The translations under genes and the position numbers were made by a program. A DNA stretch of 13,011 nt from Candidatus Sumerlaeaceae bacterium. GTDB taxonomy: Bacteria; Sumerlaeota; Sumerlaeia; Sumerlaeales; Sumerlaeaceae. The stretch spans positions 1-13,011 of the forward strand of contig JBMFRB010000018.1 of assembly GCA_049968255.1 (NCBI GenBank), in the 5' to 3' direction. Each line of letters starts with the position of its first letter. Position 1 is the stretch's first letter. Below the pieces are notes generated by a model that did not search any database, was not told where the DNA came from, and was given only the letters and a program-made list of their open reading frames with translations. Below, one piece after another: positions 7,796 to 13,011 of this stretch.

Positions 7796-8299
7796 TTAGC
7801 TACACATTTCCAGAATGCGATTGAGCTTGTCGGGGTTGACCTGGCGTACGACGGTGTCATTGACCATAACGGCGGGCGCTAGCCCGCAAGCGCCGATGCA
7901 ACGCATGACCTCGAGCGTGAACTTGCGATCGGGGGTCGTGCCCCCAACGGCGATGCCCAACTGCTGACCCAGCCTTTTGACGATTTCAGCGCCGCCCCGC
8001 ACGTAGCAGGCCGTGCCCAGGCAGACGCGGATCGTGTATTCGCCCCGCGGCTTCGTGCTGAAGAAAGAGTAGAACGTGGTGACGCCGTAAACTTCGGACA
8101 GCGGAAGGTCCAGACGGTCAGCGATAAGCTGCAAGACGTGCAGCGGAAGATAGCCATAGATGGCCTGAGCCAAATGCAGCACTTGGATCAAGCATCCTTG
8201 CTGGCCTTTGAAGTCCTCCACAATCTGCGCGATTCGGGCTAGCTTTTCTTCCTCTGTCTCCTCACCGCACTGGCAAGTCTGTTCGAACTTTGTATCCAT
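7796..8299 (-). CDS. hydC: NuoE/HydC/HndA-like [2Fe-2S] subunit
   Basis: LIQVLH.AQ.IYGYLP, GVTTFYSFF, CLGTAC and CIGACGLAP motifs. Start placed at ATG 8299 (MDTKFEQ), with GGAGG 5 nt upstream, giving 167 aa. Confidence 0.94.
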   Translation of the reverse strand: MDTKFEQTCQCGEETEEEKLARIAQIVEDFKGQQGCLIQVLHLAQAIYGYLPLHVLQLIADRLDLPLSEVYGVTTFYSFFSTKPRGEYTIRVCLGTACYVRGGAEIVKRLGQQLGIAVGGTTPDRKFTLEVMRCIGACGLAPAVMVNDTVVRQVNPDKLNRILEMCS

Positions 8300-8388
8300 A
8301 AATCCCTCCACGAGGATATCCGCCGCTTTCTCGCGTGGGCGCGTTGCCCGCACTCCCACGACCCACGTTCCGGGCAAAACGTTCTATG

Positions 8389-8416
8389 GTTTTAGCAGAT
8401 CTCCCTATTTTGTGAA
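8389..8416 (-). promoter_or_regulatory. Candidate sigma70 promoter of hydCBA
   Basis: Minus strand reads TTCACA (8416-8411), 16 nt, then TAAAAC (8394-8389) preceded by TGn (extended -10). The -35 lies inside the palindrome. Identified by eye only. Confidence 0.3.
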
Positions 8417-8427
8417 ATTTGTCACAA
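8410..8427. promoter_or_regulatory. Rex-type operator (also fits the CRP-family consensus) upstream of the hydrogenase operon
   Basis: TTGTGAA-ATTT-GTCACAA matches the Rex consensus TTGTGAA-N4-TTCACAA at 13 of 14 positions and contains TGTGA-N6-TCACA. It lies about 110 bp upstream of hydC. Confidence 0.75.
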
Positions 8428-8557
8428 TATAAGTAGACACTATGGTCAACAAGAAACAGCACGAACAAAACTTGTTCTATTTTTGTGAGTTAGGTAGAAC
8501 CAAGTAGAGCTTTTTCAAAGCTTTGGCACAGGAAAGCTCACATGAAATCGAAAGAGT

Positions 8558-8575
8558 TCGTGAGAAAAATCACCA
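8558..8575. promoter_or_regulatory. Second, weaker Rex/CRP-like site
   Basis: TCGTGAG-AAAA-ATCACCA keeps the GTGA-N6-TCAC core, with 4 mismatches to the Rex consensus. Confidence 0.35.
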
Positions 8576-8747
8576 AATTGCGACTTTTTTTCTCTAATGT
8601 TCTCACGACTAAAAGCTCATAAAGAGCGCGACCGTACCTGCCGGAAAGCGCGGGCGAAAGGCGTCCACTTGCAGGAGAAAGACTGGCACAATTTTGGAGA
8701 TCGCGCTTTATTTCTCTATTGGCCTGTGGCCTGACGGTGAGTACGCA

Positions 8748-10091
8748 TCAGGGGTAGAGTCCGCGTCGCTCGGTGGCTTCGGCAACGGTCCGCACGCCTA
8801 TGAGCAGAGCCGCGGTGCGCAGGTCGCACTTTTCGCGCTCGGCCATTTTACACACGCGATTGAAAGCGTTGACCATGACCTTCTGGAGTTGCTCGTTGAC
8901 CTGTTGCTCGGTCCAGAAGAACGACTGGAGTCCCTGGACCCACTCGAAATAACTCACTGTCACACCGCCGGCATTTGTGAGGATGTCAGGGAGGATGAGA
9001 ATTCCCCGGTTGCGCAAGATCTCGTCGGCTTGCGGAGTGGTTGGGCCATTCGCCGCTTCGGCCACGATGCGAGCTCGAATTCGGTCCGCGTTCGCAATCG
9101 TGATTTGGTTCTCGACCGCGGCTGGCACAAGCACATCACACTCAAGCTCGAGAAGCTCCGCCGGCGAAATTGGCTCAGCGTTGGGAAACCCTGGGACGCG
9201 GCCCGTGCGATCCACGTGCACAGCTAAGGCTTCCACGTCGAGACCTTTGGGATGATAGACGGCGCCGTACTGATCGGCCACGGCGATGACTTTCATGCCA
9301 TATTCTCGGTGTGCGATGAGAGCAACATTGCGCCCCACGTTGCCGAAGCCTTGGACAACAATCCGGGCATTTTTCGTGCGCATTTTCTGGCGCGCCATTG
9401 CCTCGGCCACCACGTGCATCACGCCACGTCCCGTGGCCTGATTACGGCCATGCGACCCTCCCAACACGAGCGGCTTGCCCGTCACTGCTCCCAGTACCGT
9501 CACGCCTTTGCCCATGCTGTAGGTGTCCATAATCCACGCCATGGTTTGCTCGTTTGTGTTCATATCGGGCGCGGGCACATCGAGTTCCGGACCGATGAAG
9601 GGGCTAAGCTCGAATGTGTAGCGGCGCGTCAGGCGCTCCACTTCGCCCATTGACATCTGGCGTGGGTCGCAGCAGACACCGCCTTTTGCCCCACCGAAGG
9701 GGATATCCACAATGGCGCATTTCCACGTCATCCACATGGCCAGGGCGGCGATCTCGTTTACGTCCACGGAAGGACTGTAGCGGATGCCGCCCTTGCCCGG
9801 GCCGCGGCTGGTGTTGTGCAGTACCCGGTAGCCCTGGAAAAGCTCAATGTGGCCGTCGTCCATGCGCACGGGAAAACAGACCGTGAGAATGCGCTCGAAG
9901 CGCCGCAGCATGTTGAACATATCCTGCGAAAGGCCAAGGCGCTCCGCAGTCACGCGAAGCTGGTAGAGAGCCATATCCAGCGGGTCCACCGCACCCGCTT
10001 TGCGCTGGGAGACGGCCACGCCGACGGGCGTAAGCGACAGCGACGGGGCCAGAGAAGAGATCTTGGTGCAATCCGATCCTTTTTTCGTCAT
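8748..10091 (-). CDS. gdhA: Glutamate dehydrogenase (Glu/Leu/Phe/Val dehydrogenase family, hexameric ~45-50 kDa type)
   Basis: Motifs GPGKGGIRY, MTWKCA..PFGGAKGG (catalytic Lys), DVPAPDMNT, VTGKP..GGS.GR..ATGRG, QGFGNVG, EAANGPTT and NAGGVTVSYFEWVQ. ATG 10091 has an SD GAGGGG; GTG 10106 is an alternative start. Confidence 0.95.
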   Translation of the reverse strand: MTKKGSDCTKISSLAPSLSLTPVGVAVSQRKAGAVDPLDMALYQLRVTAERLGLSQDMFNMLRRFERILTVCFPVRMDDGHIELFQGYRVLHNTSRGPGKGGIRYSPSVDVNEIAALAMWMTWKCAIVDIPFGGAKGGVCCDPRQMSMGEVERLTRRYTFELSPFIGPELDVPAPDMNTNEQTMAWIMDTYSMGKGVTVLGAVTGKPLVLGGSHGRNQATGRGVMHVVAEAMARQKMRTKNARIVVQGFGNVGRNVALIAHREYGMKVIAVADQYGAVYHPKGLDVEALAVHVDRTGRVPGFPNAEPISPAELLELECDVLVPAAVENQITIANADRIRARIVAEAANGPTTPQADEILRNRGILILPDILTNAGGVTVSYFEWVQGLQSFFWTEQQVNEQLQKVMVNAFNRVCKMAEREKCDLRTAALLIGVRTVAEATERRGLYP

Positions 10092-10335
10092 TTTACCCCT
10101 CACCACCAGGAATGAGCGCGCTCATCATGGTGGCGCCAAAAGCTGAATTGCAACACGTTCCTGCGGTAAAAATCGAAAAAGCGTGGAAAATGTCTCCGGG
10201 CCAGCTGGACGCCAGGCGCGACTTGCCCCGCAAAGCATGGGCACCATGAATTTTCCTCCAATTTTGTAAACAAAGGCGAGGGGTAAGCTTGCATCGCCCC
10301 TCCAGGCGTGGCTAGAAGCTGCACCGAAAGGTTAT

Positions 10336-12738
10336 ATGACAAAAACAGTTCGTTCGAAAAAGGCGACCCCGAACAAGCACAGCGAATGGCGTGAGCAAGA
10401 AGCTGGGGCCAATCGGGAACGTCTGCCCGTCATTCCTCTCAAGGACGTGGTGATATTCCCCCAGTGTGTGTCGCCGCTTTACGTCGTTCGGCGCCGCTCG
10501 GTCACAGGCGTAGAAGAGGCGCTCGGCAGCGACAAGCGGGTATTCGTGGTGGCCCAGAAGCAGCCCGATGTGGAAACCCCGACGCGCAACGATTTGTACG
10601 ACGTGGGCACGATTGCCGAGATTTTGCAGACCCTGCGGCTACCTGACGGCTCGCTGAAAATCCTTGTCGAGGGCCAAGCCGTAGGGCGCATCCTCGCATT
10701 CACGCAAAGCGAGCAGCTCACCGAGACCATCGTCGAGCAGCTCGAGGTTGTGCGTGAATCCTCGAAGGAAATCGAAGCGCTCCTGCGACTTGTCCTGAAC
10801 CAGTTCGAAACCTACGTTTCACTGAGCGACAAGATTTCGGACGAGCTCTTTTTGACAATTCGCAATTTTGATGACCCCGTGCAGGTCGCCAACGCGATTG
10901 CGCATTACGCCAATTTCAAAACACCTGCCAAGCAGGAGATTCTCGAGTCGTTTACGACGAGCGATAAGCTGGAGAAGCTCTCGCGTATCTTGGCCAGTGA
11001 GAACGAGCTGCTCGAACTCGAGGACAAAATCATGCAGCAGGTGAAGTCGCGCATCAGCAAGACGCAAAAGGAGTTCTTCCTCAACGAGCAGCTCAAGGTC
11101 ATCGAGCGCGAACTGGGCATTGACCAGGAAGACGAGTACGAGATCGAGGAGCTCAGCGAGCGCATCGAGAGCTCGAAGATGAGCGACGAGGCGCGCGAAA
11201 AAGCACAGCGCGAGTTAGCTCGTATGGCGAAAATGGCCCCCATGTCGCCCGAAGCCACCGTGTCGCGCAGCTACATCGAGTGGTTGGTGGACCTACCCTG
11301 GGGCAAATTCACAAAGGACAAAACCGACCTGAATAAGGCGCAGGAACTTCTCGACGCCGAGCATTACGGCCTGCGCAAGGTCAAGGATCGCATTCTGGAG
11401 TTTCTAGCTGTGCATCAGCTCACGCGCAACGCCAAGGGGCCAATCCTGTGCCTGGTGGGTCCGCCAGGCGTTGGCAAAACTTCGCTGGCCCGCAGCGTGG
11501 CGCGTGCGCTCGGACGCAAATTCGTGCGCATATCGCTGGGCGGTGTACGCGACGAAGCCGAGATTCGCGGCCACCGGCGCACCTACGTCGGGTCGCTGCC
11601 AGGCCGCATCGTCCAAGGCATGAAGAAGGCAGGCTCGATGAACCCCGTCTTCTTGCTGGATGAAATTGATAAAATGTCATCAGATTTTCGCGGCGATCCC
11701 GCAAGCGCGTTGCTCGAAGTGCTCGACCCAGAACAGAACAAGCTTTTCAACGACCATTATTTGGAAGTGGATTTCGACCTCTCGCACGTGCTCTTCCTGA
11801 CGACGGCCAACACGGTGGCGGGAATTCCTATTCCACTGCTTGATCGCATGGAAGTGATCCGCATCCCAGGCTACACGGAGGAGGAAAAGCTGCATATCGC
11901 GCTCGAGTTTCTCGTGCCCAAGCAAGTTAAAGCCACGGGGTTGACGCGTCGGCGTATCGCTTTCACGCCCGAGGCCATCACGAGCATCATTGTCCATTAC
12001 ACGCGTGAAGCTGGGGTGCGCAATCTCGAACGCGAAATTGCCGCCATTTGCCGGCGTGTGGCCCGCGAAATTGTGGCCAACGGCGGCAAAACGCGCCGGG
12101 TTGTGGTGACGCCCGAGCTCGTGCGCGAGTACCTTGGCCCTGTGCGCTACCGCGATCTCGAGATCGAGAAGAAGCCAGAAATTGGAGTGGCGACAGGCTT
12201 GGCGTGGACCGAGGTCGGCGGCGAGATCCTGCCCACCGAGGCGATCGTCATGCGTGGCCGCGGCAATCTCATGCTCACCGGCCAGATGGGCGAGGTCATG
12301 CAGGAAAGCGCGAAAACCGCCCTGAGCTACATCCGCTCGCGCATGGATCAACTCAATATTCCGCGAGATTTTTATCGCACGTTCGATATCCACATCCACA
12401 TTCCCGAAGGCGCCGTGCCCAAAGATGGCCCGAGCGCTGGCGTGACCATGACCACGTCGTTGGTGAGCGCGCTGACCAAACGCCCCGTGCGCCAGGACGT
12501 GGCCATGACGGGCGAGATCACTCTGCGCGGCAAAGTGCTTAAGATCGGCGGCCTGAAAGAGAAAATTCTGGCGGCACACCGCGCACACATCCATCAAGTC
12601 ATTATTCCGCAAGAGAATGCCGACGAGCTCGAGGAGATCCCCGAAGAGATCCGCAAGGACATGAAATTCACTCTTGTGGAGACGCTCGACGAGGTGCTTG
12701 AGACGGCCCTCGTTCCCTCCCCGCGCAAAGCCAATTGA
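10336..12738 (+). CDS. lon: ATP-dependent Lon protease (endopeptidase La, LonA)
   Basis: 800 aa with an N-terminal Lon domain ([13 protein letters not shown]), Walker [21 protein letters not shown], Walker B FLLDEIDK, catalytic Ser in PKDGPSAG and catalytic Lys in IGGLKEK. Confidence 0.98.
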   Translation: MTKTVRSKKATPNKHSEWREQEAGANRERLPVIPLKDVVIFPQCVSPLYVVRRRSVTGVEEALGSDKRVFVVAQKQPDVETPTRNDLYDVGTIAEILQTLRLPDGSLKILVEGQAVGRILAFTQSEQLTETIVEQLEVVRESSKEIEALLRLVLNQFETYVSLSDKISDELFLTIRNFDDPVQVANAIAHYANFKTPAKQEILESFTTSDKLEKLSRILASENELLELEDKIMQQVKSRISKTQKEFFLNEQLKVIERELGIDQEDEYEIEELSERIESSKMSDEAREKAQRELARMAKMAPMSPEATVSRSYIEWLVDLPWGKFTKDKTDLNKAQELLDAEHYGLRKVKDRILEFLAVHQLTRNAKGPILCLVGPPGVGKTSLARSVARALGRKFVRISLGGVRDEAEIRGHRRTYVGSLPGRIVQGMKKAGSMNPVFLLDEIDKMSSDFRGDPASALLEVLDPEQNKLFNDHYLEVDFDLSHVLFLTTANTVAGIPIPLLDRMEVIRIPGYTEEEKLHIALEFLVPKQVKATGLTRRRIAFTPEAITSIIVHYTREAGVRNLEREIAAICRRVAREIVANGGKTRRVVVTPELVREYLGPVRYRDLEIEKKPEIGVATGLAWTEVGGEILPTEAIVMRGRGNLMLTGQMGEVMQESAKTALSYIRSRMDQLNIPRDFYRTFDIHIHIPEGAVPKDGPSAGVTMTTSLVSALTKRPVRQDVAMTGEITLRGKVLKIGGLKEKILAAHRAHIHQVIIPQENADELEEIPEEIRKDMKFTLVETLDEVLETALVPSPRKAN

Positions 12739-12890
12739 TCCGCAGCGCTTCGGCCCGGAGTTCGGGGAAACATTGCGCCCGATCCACGCACGGCCCCATG
12801 AACACAGTTCGCCAAGGAAGTGGGGGAATCTTTCAGCTCGAGGATCCACGCGGCGCTTATTCCACGCTGCCCCCCTACGCCCAGGCATAC

Positions 12891-12981
12891 GTGAGGACTG
12901 AGTGATGAGTGCTGGGGACTGAGTGCAGATTCACGCCCCTACTGTCGATGACCTACTCAGCCCTCAGTCCGCAGTCCTCGC
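12891..12981. repeat. Inverted pair of degenerate heptamer tandem arrays
   Basis: Left arm: GAGGACT GAGTGAT GAGTGCT GGGGACT GAGTGCA (12893-12927). Right arm: ACTC AGCCCTC AGTCCGC AGTCCTC (12955-12979), whose reverse complement is GAGGACT GCGGACT GAGGGCT GAGT. Confidence 0.75.
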
Positions 12982-12982
12982 A

Positions 12983-13011
12983 CCTTACACCCCCACGCGC
13001 GTGGGGACGAT
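12983..13011 (-). CRISPR. Single type I-E-like CRISPR repeat at the window edge (probable trailer repeat)
   Basis: Minus strand reads ATCGTCCCCACGCGCGTGGGGGTGTAAGG (29 nt) with hairpin CCCCACG/CGTGGGG. Length, hairpin and layout match type I-E repeats, and the 3' end (TAAGG rather than ..ACCG) looks degenerate. Only one copy is visible. Confidence 0.65.

Noticed and set aside
6759-7799. 346-aa plus-strand ORF, and other plus-strand ORFs across 3006-7799
   Set aside because: They lie antisense to well-supported hydA/hydB, have no recognisable motifs, and are typical shadow ORFs of GC-rich coding DNA.
8300-8377. Upstream extension of hydC in the ORF track (likewise 2108-2200 for the permease and 2797-2841 for the pilin)
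   Set aside because: The downstream ATGs fit family domain boundaries better (with a clear SD for hydC), and the extensions look non-coding.
2160-8700. TGGCAC sigma54-like motifs at about 2161, 8524 and 8684
   Set aside because: The -24/-12 spacing is wrong or TTGC is missing, and all point antisense to the local genes.
11680-12888. 402-aa minus-strand ORF
   Set aside because: Antisense shadow of lon with no domain features.

Overview
GC-rich bacterial chromosomal window. It opens with a complete tRNA-Gly(CCC), followed by an aldo/keto reductase (+). A minus-strand run then reads, in transcription order: glutamate dehydrogenase; an AT-rich intergenic region with a near-perfect Rex/CRP-type palindrome; a heterotrimeric [FeFe]-hydrogenase operon (NuoE-like HydC, 1036-aa HydB, HydA); a prepilin-type protein; and a small permease. 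Lon protease (+) is divergent from gdh. The window ends with inverted heptamer repeats and one 29-bp type I-E-like CRISPR repeat at the right edge. The most unusual element is HydB. It keeps the NuoF core with bifurcating-type signatures, but its C-terminal ferredoxin domain is replaced by an apparently circularly permuted GltD/NfnB-like FAD/NADPH module. This suggests one complex linking H2, NAD(H) and NADP(H). The pilin style suggests Candidatus Sumerlaeota (BRC1), which is an inference. No database searches were run.
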